A DNA stretch of 64,000 bases from Myxococcota bacterium (GTDB taxonomy: Bacteria > Myxococcota_A > Polyangia > Nannocystales > Nannocystaceae), in assembly GCA_039028615.1 (NCBI GenBank), contig JBCCHT010000007.1, positions 1-64,000 on the forward strand, read 5' to 3'. This document shows, piece by piece, positions 17,608-27,783 of this stretch (the stretch's first letter is position 1; each line of letters opens with the position of its first letter). Under the pieces are notes generated by a model, which saw nothing but the letters and a program-made list of their open reading frames with translations, had not been told where the DNA came from and did no database searches. A program made the position numbers and the translations under genes.

Positions 17608-19803
17608 TCAGCCTTCTTCGACGGCCCCGATGTCGCACGCCAGGCCGAGTCGTCGTGGTTCGCCGCGCTGGTCGTCCGTCAGCTCTGCCAGCTCGGCCCC
17701 CGTGCAGATGACCGGGTGGCCGCCGTCGCGCGCCGGGCTTCCGTCGGCCAAAGCGTGGGTCATGCTCAACCCGCCGTTGTTGGCCAAGGGCAACAACAGA
17801 GGATCGACGCTGAGTAGGTCGGTGGAATCGGGGTCGGCACAGACGGACAACCCCTCGGCCAGGTTGTAGCCCCCCGAGTCGATGCTGCCTCCGAAGCACC
17901 CGACGTTGGGCTGCACCGATGCCCTGTTGGCGGAGACGATGGTGTGCGCGACCTGGAAGGCGGACGGATCGCCGCTGGAGTAGAGGCCGCCTCCGCGACC
18001 GTCGTCGTCGGTTCCCCCCAGGGAACACTCGTTGTCGGTCACGGTGCAGAAGTACAGCCCGCCGCGAGTCTCGGCTTGTTGGGCCCCATCGCCGACATAG
18101 ACGCCACCCCCTTGGGCCATCCCGCCGACTTCGTAGGACACGGTGGAGTTGCCGCTGAAGGTGGAGTTGTCGGCGCTCATCCACACGGTGGAGCTGCCCG
18201 AGCCGGCCCGGGCATAGACCCCGCCCCCGAGCCCACGCGTGGTCCCTTCGGCTCGGTTGGCGGTGACGAGACAGCGATGCAGACGCAGACCCCCGTGGCC
18301 TTCGCCGGCCCCCGTGTTGATGAGCGCGCCTCCGCCGAGGCCCGTCGCGGCGCGGCCGGGCACGTCGGCGTTGGCCACGATCGTCGCGATCGATCGATTG
18401 CTCTGTAGCCGACAGTCGCTCAGCGTGATGGTGACCGAGTCGGTACCGCCTCCCGCTCGCCCGTAGACCCCGCCGCCCGACGCCCCTGCCACGGGAGACA
18501 GGCCCTGCATGTTGTCGACGAGGTTCGAGCTGGCGTTGTTGCCGACGAACACGATCTCGCTGCCCACGACCTCGGAGGTCCCGAACGCGGCGAGGCCTCC
18601 GCCCCGGACCGAGCTGGCGGTGCCGGAGCCGTCGACCATCGCCAGGTTGTCGGAGATCTCGGTGCGATCGAAGTTCGCCGAAGAGCTCGTCAGGTAGAGG
18701 CCGCCGCCGTCGGCCACGAGCCCCGCGCTGCCCGTGAGCAGCCCGAGGTTCTCGACGCGGTTGCCGTGGATGATGCCTCCAGCCATGTCGAGGGAGCTGT
18801 CGCGCAGGTACAGCCCGCCGCCCCACACGGACAGCGCGACCAGCCCGTCGTCGCTGCACCGCACGGTGTTGTCTTCGATGCGCGTCTCGCCGTTGCTCGC
18901 GACCGTGGCATCGTCGGCATGAATTCCGCCGCCGCCAGCGTTGGCCGCCGAGCCCATCGCCTCGGCGAGATTCTGAGTGATCCGTGCCCCTTCGCTCATC
19001 GTCACGGTGCCGCCGGAGACGAAGATGCCTCCGCCGAACGCGGTCGAGGTACCGCCGGCCGACAGCGCTTGGTTGTCGTGGATCTGTGCCCCCAACAGCG
19101 CGAGCGAGGGGCCGATGCTGAACACCCCGCCGCCCCGTGCCGTCCCCTCGTCGACACTCGCCAGGTTCCCGGTGACGAGGGTGCCCTCGAGGATCAGGTT
19201 GCCCGCGTTGTGGATTCCGCCGCCGTCGATGGCGAGGCCGCCGGTCAGCTCGAGGGCGCCCACGGTGACCGTGCCGGCCTCGACGGTGAGCGGACGACCG
19301 AGACCATCGGCATCGATCACCACCCCCGCGTCGATGGGCTGAAGCTCGACGTTGCGGCCGATCGTGACCCGCTCGTTGTAGACCCCCGGCATGACCCACA
19401 GGGTCGAGCACGTGTTGTCGTCGATGCCCGCTTGCACGCCGACGTGGCTCAAGGGCACGAGGCAGTGGGCTTGCAGGCAATCGGCGCTGCACCAGTCCCC
19501 GTCCTCGAGGTTGCCGTCGTCGCAGATCTCGTCGTCGTCGACCACTCCGTTGCCGCAGTCGGTCGGAGGCGCCGAGGTCTCCGACTCGTCGGCGGTCTCG
19601 GTGAGGGTGGAAGTCCCCGTCGCGCCCTGAGTCGACGTGCTGCCAGAGGACTCGTCTGCCGATGCACTCGCCGAGCCGGTGTCGGCCCCGGGCGGGGGAG
19701 GCGGCACACCGATGCAGCCCGGCGCCAGGCACCCGAACGCGACGCTCAAAACCCGGCTCGCCACGGGCATCCACCGGTCGATCCGTACACCCTCGCTCGT
19801 CAT
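17608..19803 (-). CDS. Right-handed beta-helix / choice-of-anchor-Q protein with myxobacterial Cys-rich repeat
   Basis: [14 protein letters not shown]...GDWCSADC; many GGG[IL]Y repeats; C-terminal [12 protein letters not shown]...[13 protein letters not shown]...DQRG..R....CDIGAVE. Confidence 0.85.
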   Translation of the reverse strand: MTSEGVRIDRWMPVASRVLSVAFGCLAPGCIGVPPPPPGADTGSASASADESSGSTSTQGATGTSTLTETADESETSAPPTDCGNGVVDDDEICDDGNLEDGDWCSADCLQAHCLVPLSHVGVQAGIDDNTCSTLWVMPGVYNERVTIGRNVELQPIDAGVVIDADGLGRPLTVEAGTVTVGALELTGGLAIDGGGIHNAGNLILEGTLVTGNLASVDEGTARGGGVFSIGPSLALLGAQIHDNQALSAGGTSTAFGGGIFVSGGTVTMSEGARITQNLAEAMGSAANAGGGGIHADDATVASNGETRIEDNTVRCSDDGLVALSVWGGGLYLRDSSLDMAGGIIHGNRVENLGLLTGSAGLVADGGGLYLTSSSANFDRTEISDNLAMVDGSGTASSVRGGGLAAFGTSEVVGSEIVFVGNNASSNLVDNMQGLSPVAGASGGGVYGRAGGGTDSVTITLSDCRLQSNRSIATIVANADVPGRAATGLGGGALINTGAGEGHGGLRLHRCLVTANRAEGTTRGLGGGVYARAGSGSSTVWMSADNSTFSGNSTVSYEVGGMAQGGGVYVGDGAQQAETRGGLYFCTVTDNECSLGGTDDDGRGGGLYSSGDPSAFQVAHTIVSANRASVQPNVGCFGGSIDSGGYNLAEGLSVCADPDSTDLLSVDPLLLPLANNGGLSMTHALADGSPARDGGHPVICTGAELAELTDDQRGEPRRLGLACDIGAVEEG

Positions 19804-19840
19804 CGTCTCCCTTACGACGGTAGCAGAACGTCGAACGTGA

Positions 19841-20671
19841 TCACGGCGAACTCGAGGCGGTCGAGCCGATGATGGCCGGGTCCAGACTCACCCCCACCGG
19901 GCAGTGATCGGAGCCCAGGATCTCGGGCCGAATGAACGCATCGCGCACGTAGCGCATGGCGGCCGGCGACGCGAGCACGTAGTCGATGCGCCACCCGATG
20001 TTGCGCTCGCGGCATCCCAGCCGATTACTCCACCACGAGTAGTGGCCCCCGCGAGGTTCAGTGGCACGAAAAGTGTCTATCCACCCCGCGTCGATCCATC
20101 GTTGCAGCTCTGCGCGCTCGACCGGCAAGAAGCCGCTGGTGGTGTGGTTGTCGCGGGGCCGCGCCAAGTCGATCTCCTCGAGCGCGGTATTGAAGTCGCC
20201 CATCGCCAGCACCCGGTAGCCGCCGCGACGCCGGGCCTGCAGCACGTCGAAGAGCCGGCGATAAAAGTCGAGCTTGTAGGGCACCCGGCTATGGTCGCGA
20301 TCGCGCCCGCTGCCGTTGGGGAAGTACACGTTGGCGACGACGAGCCGGCCGAAACGCGCGATCTGAACGCGCCCCTCCGCGTCGAACCGAGGCTCACCCA
20401 GGCTCGTCACCACCGCATCGGCCGGGCGACGCGAGAACAAGCCCACGCCGCTATAGCCCTTGCGCTCGGCGGGGGAGAAGTAGGTCGTCCAGTTGCGAGG
20501 GCGACGGAGGTTGGGGCTCAGCTGCTCGGGCAGCGCCCGGACCTCCTGCAGGCCGATCACGTCGGGGCGGAGTTTTCGAAGCTGCGCCCGGAAGCCCGCC
20601 CGCTCGCACGCGCGGAGGCCATTGACGTTCCACGACAGCACCCGAAAGTCGCCCTTCCCCACCGGGCGCAT
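19841..20671 (-). CDS. xth: Exodeoxyribonuclease III
   Basis: [50 protein letters not shown]. Confidence 0.95.
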   Translation of the reverse strand: MRPVGKGDFRVLSWNVNGLRACERAGFRAQLRKLRPDVIGLQEVRALPEQLSPNLRRPRNWTTYFSPAERKGYSGVGLFSRRPADAVVTSLGEPRFDAEGRVQIARFGRLVVANVYFPNGSGRDRDHSRVPYKLDFYRRLFDVLQARRRGGYRVLAMGDFNTALEEIDLARPRDNHTTSGFLPVERAELQRWIDAGWIDTFRATEPRGGHYSWWSNRLGCRERNIGWRIDYVLASPAAMRYVRDAFIRPEILGSDHCPVGVSLDPAIIGSTASSSP

Positions 20672-20826
20672 GGCACTTCGACCGCGACCGAGTGTCAACC
20701 GGGCCGGCGTGAGACCGGCCATCGTCGCGCCGTCGGCCTCGCTCCCGCGACCGCTCGCGGGTCCCCCCGAACCGCCCGCCCGCTCCCCCGCAATAGAGCG
20801 GCTGGGTCCGCGCATCATGGGCAGCG

Positions 20827-21810
20827 ATGCCTCTGGATGCGTGGGTTCTCGAGCTGTTGCCCGACCGTGGAAGCGTGCCCGTGTTCGATGCCGCGATGAT
20901 CGCCGCCACTACGGTGGGGCTGCTCGCGTTCGTCGTCGGCGGCCCCTGGTGGCTCGGCCGTCGGGTGCCTCGCCTCGCCCGGGCCATCGTCGCGGCGGAG
21001 GTCTTCGGGCTCGCCTCGACCTTGGTGCTGCAGTGGCTCACCCAGCGGCCGCGGCCCATCGTCGCCGATCCGCTGCTGCCCCTGCCCCCCTCGGCTTCGT
21101 TCCCGAGCGGGCATGCGGTGCTGGTGGCCATCGTCGTCGTGCCCCTGCTCGCCCGGCGCCCGCGCTCGGCATGGTGGCTGGCCCCCGCCGCGCTGGCGGT
21201 CGGCCTGTCTCGGGTGCACGTCGGCCACCATCACGCGTCGGACGTGCTCGCCGGGCTGTTGCTCGGGCTGGGCATCGGCGTGGGTGCATGGACCTGGGCC
21301 CGCGCCGCGCCGCGCGATCCGTGGCGTCATCGCTGGCTTCTGTGGCCGCAGCTCGGCCTCGTGCTCGCGGTCACGCTGATCGCCTATACCGGAGCGTTCT
21401 CGCGAAGCCAGCTGTGGTGGCTCGCCCTGCCCGGCATGGACAAGGTGCTGCACTGCCTGCTCTTCGGCCTGCTCGCGCTGGGGGTGCACCTGCAGACGCG
21501 CGGCCGCACGATCCCCGTCGGGCGATGGCGGCTGCCGCTGGCCGTGCTGCTACCGCTGACCGGGGCCGCGCTCGAAGAGCTCGCGCAGGCGAGCTCGCCT
21601 CACCGCACCGCCGACTGGATCGATCTGCTGGCAGACACGGTGGGCATGCTGCTGTTCTGGCGACTGGGCGTGCGACTCACTTCGGCACCGCGCCCCCCGG
21701 GGCAGCCGGCGATACTCGGCCGACCGAGAGACACGGTGCCGAACGAGAAGCTCCGTCCCGTCCCCGAGAGTGCGCACGGTACTCCCAACCCCTCGGGGAC
21801 ATGTCGGTAG
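20827..21810 (+). CDS. PAP2 phosphatase - VanZ fusion membrane protein
   Basis: RPRP...SFPSGH...SRVHVGHHHASDVLAG, then DKVLHCLLFG...EELAQ...RTADWIDLLADTVG. Confidence 0.82.
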   Translation: MPLDAWVLELLPDRGSVPVFDAAMIAATTVGLLAFVVGGPWWLGRRVPRLARAIVAAEVFGLASTLVLQWLTQRPRPIVADPLLPLPPSASFPSGHAVLVAIVVVPLLARRPRSAWWLAPAALAVGLSRVHVGHHHASDVLAGLLLGLGIGVGAWTWARAAPRDPWRHRWLLWPQLGLVLAVTLIAYTGAFSRSQLWWLALPGMDKVLHCLLFGLLALGVHLQTRGRTIPVGRWRLPLAVLLPLTGAALEELAQASSPHRTADWIDLLADTVGMLLFWRLGVRLTSAPRPPGQPAILGRPRDTVPNEKLRPVPESAHGTPNPSGTCR

Positions 21811-22081
21811 AGTTCCCTCCACATCGATCGGATCACGGGTCGCTGCGATTTCTTCCGATCTGCCGAGGGAAGCCCGAGAAACCCCGTTCTCGAACCGGCG
21901 CTCTCTTCGCGGTCCCACGTGGAGGGGGCCGCGCGGATCCCTCGGCGCCCCGCGCTTCGACCCCTCGCAGACCTCCGCTGCGGCCCCGATGGCTGCCCTG
22001 CAGGGTCGCTCACGGGCGACTTCCACAAAAAGCAAGCGATTCAGATCACAACGCGGCCACGCGATGGGTAGTCTCGTGCGG

Positions 22082-23170
22082 ATGGCTCATCCCCGACCCT
22101 CGACGAGCATGCGTGAACAAACCTACCCGGAACCCTACCCGGATGGCTGGTACCACGTCGCATCGTCGCACGAGCTGAAGCGGGGGAAGATTCTGTACCG
22201 CGAGTGCCTGGGCACGCAGCTCATCGTGTACCGCAGCGACGTCGACGACTCGGTGCATGCGATGGGCGCTTTCTGCCCGCACATGGGGGCCAACCTCTCC
22301 GCCGGCTGCATCAAGGAAGGGCAGGTCGAGTGCCCCTTCCACCTGTGGCAGTTCAGCAACGACGGCCGGGTCTCCGACATCCCCTACGCCGACAAGCTGC
22401 CGCCGCGGACCCGCCAGAAGACCTGGCCCACCCGCGAGCGCTACGGCCAGATCTTCATCTATCACGACGGCGCACGCGAAGGCTCCGAGCCCGCCCCCGC
22501 GCCCTACGAGATTCCCGACATCCCCGAGATCGACAGCGGTCGCATGGTCTATCGCGGCCGCTATGCCCCGCGAAACGTGCACATGCACATCCTCGAGTTC
22601 GCGGAGAACAGCGTCGACTTCCAGCACTTCTCGCCGCTGCACGGCCAGATGTTCGTGCCCTGGACCAACATCGTGGTGCCCGGCATCAAGGTGATCCACC
22701 GCGCCGACTGGGAGCCCGACCCCGAGCGCGAGCACATCGCCTATTTCAAGAACAAAGCCATCTTGAAGATGTTCGGCCGCGAGATCGAGCGGACCAAGGC
22801 GAGCGCCAAGACCACCTTCGTCGGTCCGGCCGGGGTGGTGACCTTCCACTTCTTCATCCCCGACGCGGGTGAAATCTTGATGTTCCAGACCCACCTGCCC
22901 GTCGCGCCGATGGAGCAGCAGGTGCGCTTCACCTGGTTTGCCGACAAGACCATGCCGCGCTGGCTGGTCTACTACGTCGTCGGCAACTGGGTGTCGCAGT
23001 GGCGCAACGACATCGACGTCTGGGAGAACAAGATCCACCTGCCCAAGCCCTCGCTGGTGAAGGGGGACGGGCCGATCCACAAGCTACGCAAGTGGTATCG
23101 GCAGTTCTACCCGGACAAGTCCCCGCCCCCCGCGGCTCGACCCGAGGACGTCAGCTCGGCCGCGGAGTAG
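22082..23170 (+). CDS. Rieske [2Fe-2S] non-heme iron oxygenase, Neverland/DAF-36/KshA-like
   Basis: PYPDGWY, CPHMGANL...CPFH, ENSVDFQHFSPLH, DIDVWENK...P.LVKGDGPI..LRKWYRQFY; start 22082 or 22109. Confidence 0.88.
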   Translation: MAHPRPSTSMREQTYPEPYPDGWYHVASSHELKRGKILYRECLGTQLIVYRSDVDDSVHAMGAFCPHMGANLSAGCIKEGQVECPFHLWQFSNDGRVSDIPYADKLPPRTRQKTWPTRERYGQIFIYHDGAREGSEPAPAPYEIPDIPEIDSGRMVYRGRYAPRNVHMHILEFAENSVDFQHFSPLHGQMFVPWTNIVVPGIKVIHRADWEPDPEREHIAYFKNKAILKMFGREIERTKASAKTTFVGPAGVVTFHFFIPDAGEILMFQTHLPVAPMEQQVRFTWFADKTMPRWLVYYVVGNWVSQWRNDIDVWENKIHLPKPSLVKGDGPIHKLRKWYRQFYPDKSPPPAARPEDVSSAAE

Positions 23171-23432
23171 CGCGACGGCGGGCCTGGTCCTCGCCATCGA
23201 ATTCAACCTAGGGGACGCAACCGTGTCCCCTTCGCCACGACCCGAGACCGGCAGGTTCACCGAGCCTTCCACCGGTTCTGCACAGGTCGTTTACATTCGT
23301 CGCGCAGGCTGACCTCGGCTCTCGCCGCCCACCTGCCCGATCCGACGACTCACCGTCGGTTCGGGTCCGGTCGACCGATCGACCCCTTCATCGGGGGTTC
23401 AGTTCGTTCATGCTGCGCGGGCCCGCCTGGTC

Positions 23433-24941
23433 ATGCTGCGCTCTCGATCGATCCCGTCGGCTCCCGCCGCGAACGGCTCCGAGCCACGCCGTGAGCTCGG
23501 GCCGTGGCTCCAGCTCGCGCTGCTGGTGGGCGGCTGGGTGGCGCTGTTTCGCTCGTCGCTCCACGATCTTCTCGCCGCCGCGGCCCCGGGCACGCTCCGA
23601 CAAAACACCCTGCTGGGCCTCGCTCTGGGCGCGCTGGTGCTCTATCGGGCGAGGCAACGACCCTCCGTATCGTCTCCCGTCCCCCGCCTACGACTCGTCC
23701 CGCTGGCCGTGATCGCGGTGAGCCTGGTGGCCCATGTCGTCCTGCGTCGGGCCGTGGACAGCGACCTGCTCTCGTGCATCGGCATGGTGATGGGGGCGTA
23801 CGGCGTGGCCGGCCTGTACTTGTCGGCGACGCGCTGGCGGCAAGCCCTGCCCCTGGCGCTGGCCGGCGTCTGCGTGCTCCCGATGGGAGCCGCGCTCGAC
23901 ATCTACTTGGGCTTTCCCCTGCGCCTGGCCACGGCCGAGCTCGTCCACGCCACGCTCCAACCGCTGGGCCTTCAGCCCACCACCACCGAGACCATCGTGC
24001 TGGTGGAGGGCGCGGGGATCCAAGTCGACCTGCCCTGCAGCGGCGTGCGCAGCCTGTGGAGCGGGGCCGTGCTGTGGACCGCCGCCACCTGGATCGAGCG
24101 CCGACGGGTCGGCCTGCCCTGGGTGTTCGCCGGTCTGCTCTTCGCGGGCCTCATCGTGGCCTTCAACGGTGCCCGAGTGCTCGTCTTGGTGCTGCTGCAC
24201 GGCACCGGCCAGACCATGGCGATGGACATCCTGCATGTGCCGCTGGGTCTGTGTGCCTTTGCGACCGCGTGTGCGCTGGGCTTCGTGCTGCTGCAACGAC
24301 TTCCCGCCGCGAGCCCCTCGACCCCCGCCCCACCACCGCCGGGACCCCGACCGCGCTGGCCCTGGGGGCTCGCGGCGGGGCTATGGCTGCTGTCCGTCTT
24401 GCCCATCGCCACGCCCCGCTCGCCCACGACGCCGCAGACCATCACGCTGGACGACCCCGCGCTCACGGCCATGGCCCTGCGCCCCGATGAAGCCTCGCTC
24501 TTCGCCACCCGTCACGCATCGGCGGCCGGCAAGTGGAGCTTCGACGACCCCGCGGGCCGCGGACAGCTGCTGATGGTCGAGGGCCGCTCCTGGCGCTCGC
24601 AACACCGCCCCGACATCTGCCACGAAGCCAACGGTCGCCACGTCGAGCAGGACGACCCCGTCCTGCTCGCGCCCGGCATTCCCATCCGCCAGCTCCGCCT
24701 GCGCAGCGCCGAGCACGTGTCGGTCGCCTTTTACTGGTTTCAATCCGCCGAGCAGACCACCAACGAGTACGGCACCCGGATCTGGGCGGCCTTCGATGGT
24801 GACGCCGAGCCCTGGGTGATGGTCTCGGTGATGTTCGACGCCCCCCGTTCCCTCGATGACCCGAAACTCCGCGCGTTGCTCCGGCGCGCCCATCGACACG
24901 CCCATACCCGGCTCACCGCCTCCGCCCCGGCCTCACCATGA
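23433..24941 (+). CDS. xrtO: Exosortase O-type protein
   Basis: Multi-TM; LRL, VDLPCSGVRSL, N..R, H..LG catalytic pattern; C-terminal HRPDICH, YWFQS; ATGA overlap with a PEP-CTERM target. Confidence 0.82.
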   Translation: MLRSRSIPSAPAANGSEPRRELGPWLQLALLVGGWVALFRSSLHDLLAAAAPGTLRQNTLLGLALGALVLYRARQRPSVSSPVPRLRLVPLAVIAVSLVAHVVLRRAVDSDLLSCIGMVMGAYGVAGLYLSATRWRQALPLALAGVCVLPMGAALDIYLGFPLRLATAELVHATLQPLGLQPTTTETIVLVEGAGIQVDLPCSGVRSLWSGAVLWTAATWIERRRVGLPWVFAGLLFAGLIVAFNGARVLVLVLLHGTGQTMAMDILHVPLGLCAFATACALGFVLLQRLPAASPSTPAPPPPGPRPRWPWGLAAGLWLLSVLPIATPRSPTTPQTITLDDPALTAMALRPDEASLFATRHASAAGKWSFDDPAGRGQLLMVEGRSWRSQHRPDICHEANGRHVEQDDPVLLAPGIPIRQLRLRSAEHVSVAFYWFQSAEQTTNEYGTRIWAAFDGDAEPWVMVSVMFDAPRSLDDPKLRALLRRAHRHAHTRLTASAPASP

Positions 24942-27778
24942 CTGCCCCCGAATCCCCGACTCTTCCCCATCGCTCCCTGGTCCGCCGCGTGTTCGAGCCG
25001 CGGCGCATCATCCACCTGGTGTTCTGGTCTTGGCATGCGATCTGGGTGCTCGGCGTGCTCTTCGGCATCGCGCCCCATGTCCTGCCTGCGCTGGTCGTCG
25101 ACAGCATCGACGGGCAAGTGCCCTGGGGCATCACCCTGAGCTGCATCGTGTTGACCTTGCTGCCCGCGCTCACCTTGCTGGGCGGCTGGCGACTGCGACA
25201 CGACCACTGGAAGCTGCTGCGCCTGTTCTACGGCGTCGGTGGGGTGGCCTTCACCCTGCTCTTCTTCCGGCTCTTCTTCATCCGCCAGGCCACGGCCGGC
25301 GTGCAGCTGCTGCTCGCGACCTTGGCCTTCGGGGCGCTGTTCTATACCGCGGAGCTGTTCGGGGGCTTGCCCAAGGTCAGTCGAGCCGCCGCCGTGGTCC
25401 GCATGGTGGGCTACAGCGCGCTGCTCATCATCGGCCTGTACGTGGGGGTGACGATGGGCCTGTACACCATCCCGGCCACCGTCGCGAGCGTGACCGCGTT
25501 CTTCCAGGGCTTCTTCGACGCGCTGAGTCGGGGTGGGTTCGGGTACCTGCTCAAGGCCGCGCCCTTCGTGCTGCTGTTCCTGCTCTTCGTCCTGTACAGC
25601 TTCACGTTGCTGCTGGGCCTGCCCATCGCGGTGGCCATCTTGTACACGCGCGGCTGGTGGCGAGGCCTAGCGGCGTGGAGCACCGAGCGCCCCCGCGCGC
25701 AGGGCCTGGCCATCACGGGCGGGGTCATCGGCCTATGGATCGCCGCGTTCATCGTGCTCAACCAGCAGCCTCAACACGAAGCCTTCGAGCGGCTCCGAAC
25801 CCCGCCCCGCACGCTGGCCGATCAAGCCGACCACCTCGAGCACACCGAGCAGATCCGCGACGGGCTGCTCAACGCCTACCTGTCGCCGCATCGCTACTGG
25901 GGTGCCACCGAGCGCAACATTCAGCTCGCTCGCCTCTATCGCACCGCCTTTCACACCGACGAAGACGTGATGGGTCCTCAGTACCTCTTCAATGCCCTCG
26001 CCGCGCCGCTGCTCTACGACGGTCGCAGCATGCACGCCGACCGAGCCGAGGCCGAGATTCGCTACGAGCAGTTCTTCGACCGACCGCTGCAGCAGGGGGA
26101 GCGCGAAGCGGTGATGGAGGCGGTCTCGGCCACCTACGATCGCACCCAGGCCGAAGCCGGGCTGCTCGACGTCGGCCAGCGCAAGGTGCTGCTGACCCAG
26201 CAAGACATCCAAGTCGAGACCCACGGAGACCTCGCCCGTTTCACCCTCCACGAGGTCTACCTCAACCAGACCCCCGACGAGCAGGAGGTCTTCTACTACT
26301 TCAACCTGCCCGAGCGCGCCGCCATCACCGGTCTGTGGCTGGGCGACGACGAGAACCTGGCGCGCCGCTTCCCCTACGTGGTCGCTCCCCGCGGTGCGGC
26401 TCAGCAGGTCTACAAGGAGCAACGACAACGAATGGTCGACCCCGCGCTGCTCGAGCAAGTGGGGCCGCGCCAGTATCGGCTGCGGGCCTTTCCCATCCCC
26501 GCGCCCGATCGGAACCACGGCGGCGAGCCTGCGTCCTTGCACCTGTGGATGGAGTGGACCGTCCTCGGTGATGGCGACGGCTGGCCCGCGCCGCAGCTGG
26601 CCGAGGCCCGCAACGTGTTCTGGGAGCCCGACGAGACCGAGCGAACCATCGATGGCGTGACCTCCGACCACGAGGGCTGGCTGCCCGCGCGCTTTCAGGG
26701 CAGCTCGACGCCCCGCGAGCATCAGATCGACATGGCCGGCTTCCGCATCCGCGCCACGCCGGCCAAGGCCACGACGCCCCGCTTCGCGGGACGACTGGCG
26801 GTCGTGCTGGAGACCTCGCGAAGCATGCAGGCCCACGCCGAGGAGATTACGGAGACCCTCGATCGCATCGCCGCCGCGTCGCCCTCGGCCGACCTGTACC
26901 TGGCCCCCTCGCCCTACGGCGCCGAGCAACCGCGTCGGGTCTCGATCTCCGACGCCGAGCCCCACTACTACGGCGGGCACATGCTGGCCGGCGTGCTCGA
27001 CCAGTTCGAGTCGTTGCGCGGCGACACCGAGTACGACGCGGTGCTGGTGCTGAGCGATGAGGGCTCGTTCGCCTTCTTGCAAGACGGACAGCCCGCGCCC
27101 TTCCGCCTCCGCGGTCGATTCGACGACGACGTGCCCAACCCGCGCGAGCGCTACGTCCACGAGCTGGCCCAGGTCACCGAGAGGGTGAGCCACATGCAAC
27201 CGGGTGCGCCCGTCTGGCTGCTGCACCTGGGCGGGCTGCCCCACGCCTACCGCGACGAGGTGGGCGACCTGCTGCAACGCACCCGTGGTGGCGTCGCGAC
27301 GGAACTGGACGACGTGTTCGCGCGGCTCGGCGATGGCCCCGTCGATGGCTACGAGTGGAGCTTCCAGCCCATCGACCACGAGACCCCCGCGGCCGATGTC
27401 CGCCACGACCCCTTCGCTCCCGTCGCCGCGCGGGCCCTGGTCGGGCACCTCGCCCGTCGTATGGACCTCGAGACCCTCGAAGGCCTCGACTGGATTCACG
27501 CCGTCGCCGTGGAGACCAGCATCGTGACCCCGTGGTCCTCGATGATCGTGCTGGTCAACGACGCACAGCGTGAGGCGCTGCGGCGCGCTTCCGAAGCCGA
27601 GGACCGCTTCGAGCGTGAAGCCGAGAGCGGGGTCGAGTCCACCACCACCCCGATGGGCGCCCTGGAGCTGGCCGCCACCCCCGAACCCGAGGAATGGCTC
27701 CTGCTCATCATCGGCCTGCTGGTCGTGGTGATCCGCCTCCGCTCGGTGCAGATGCCGACCCCGACCGCCGCGGCCTGA
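24938..27778 (+). CDS. PEP-CTERM integral membrane protein (TIGR02921-like) with VIT and vWA-like domains
   Basis: ~8 N-terminal TM helices; EVFYYFNLPERAAITGLWLG...VAPRGAAQQVY...DPALLEQVGPRQYRLRAFPIP; C-terminal TPEPEEWLLLIIGLLVVVIRLR. Confidence 0.85.
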   Translation: MTAPESPTLPHRSLVRRVFEPRRIIHLVFWSWHAIWVLGVLFGIAPHVLPALVVDSIDGQVPWGITLSCIVLTLLPALTLLGGWRLRHDHWKLLRLFYGVGGVAFTLLFFRLFFIRQATAGVQLLLATLAFGALFYTAELFGGLPKVSRAAAVVRMVGYSALLIIGLYVGVTMGLYTIPATVASVTAFFQGFFDALSRGGFGYLLKAAPFVLLFLLFVLYSFTLLLGLPIAVAILYTRGWWRGLAAWSTERPRAQGLAITGGVIGLWIAAFIVLNQQPQHEAFERLRTPPRTLADQADHLEHTEQIRDGLLNAYLSPHRYWGATERNIQLARLYRTAFHTDEDVMGPQYLFNALAAPLLYDGRSMHADRAEAEIRYEQFFDRPLQQGEREAVMEAVSATYDRTQAEAGLLDVGQRKVLLTQQDIQVETHGDLARFTLHEVYLNQTPDEQEVFYYFNLPERAAITGLWLGDDENLARRFPYVVAPRGAAQQVYKEQRQRMVDPALLEQVGPRQYRLRAFPIPAPDRNHGGEPASLHLWMEWTVLGDGDGWPAPQLAEARNVFWEPDETERTIDGVTSDHEGWLPARFQGSSTPREHQIDMAGFRIRATPAKATTPRFAGRLAVVLETSRSMQAHAEEITETLDRIAAASPSADLYLAPSPYGAEQPRRVSISDAEPHYYGGHMLAGVLDQFESLRGDTEYDAVLVLSDEGSFAFLQDGQPAPFRLRGRFDDDVPNPRERYVHELAQVTERVSHMQPGAPVWLLHLGGLPHAYRDEVGDLLQRTRGGVATELDDVFARLGDGPVDGYEWSFQPIDHETPAADVRHDPFAPVAARALVGHLARRMDLETLEGLDWIHAVAVETSIVTPWSSMIVLVNDAQREALRRASEAEDRFEREAESGVESTTTPMGALELAATPEPEEWLLLIIGLLVVVIRLRSVQMPTPTAAA

Positions 27779-27783
27779 AGTGC

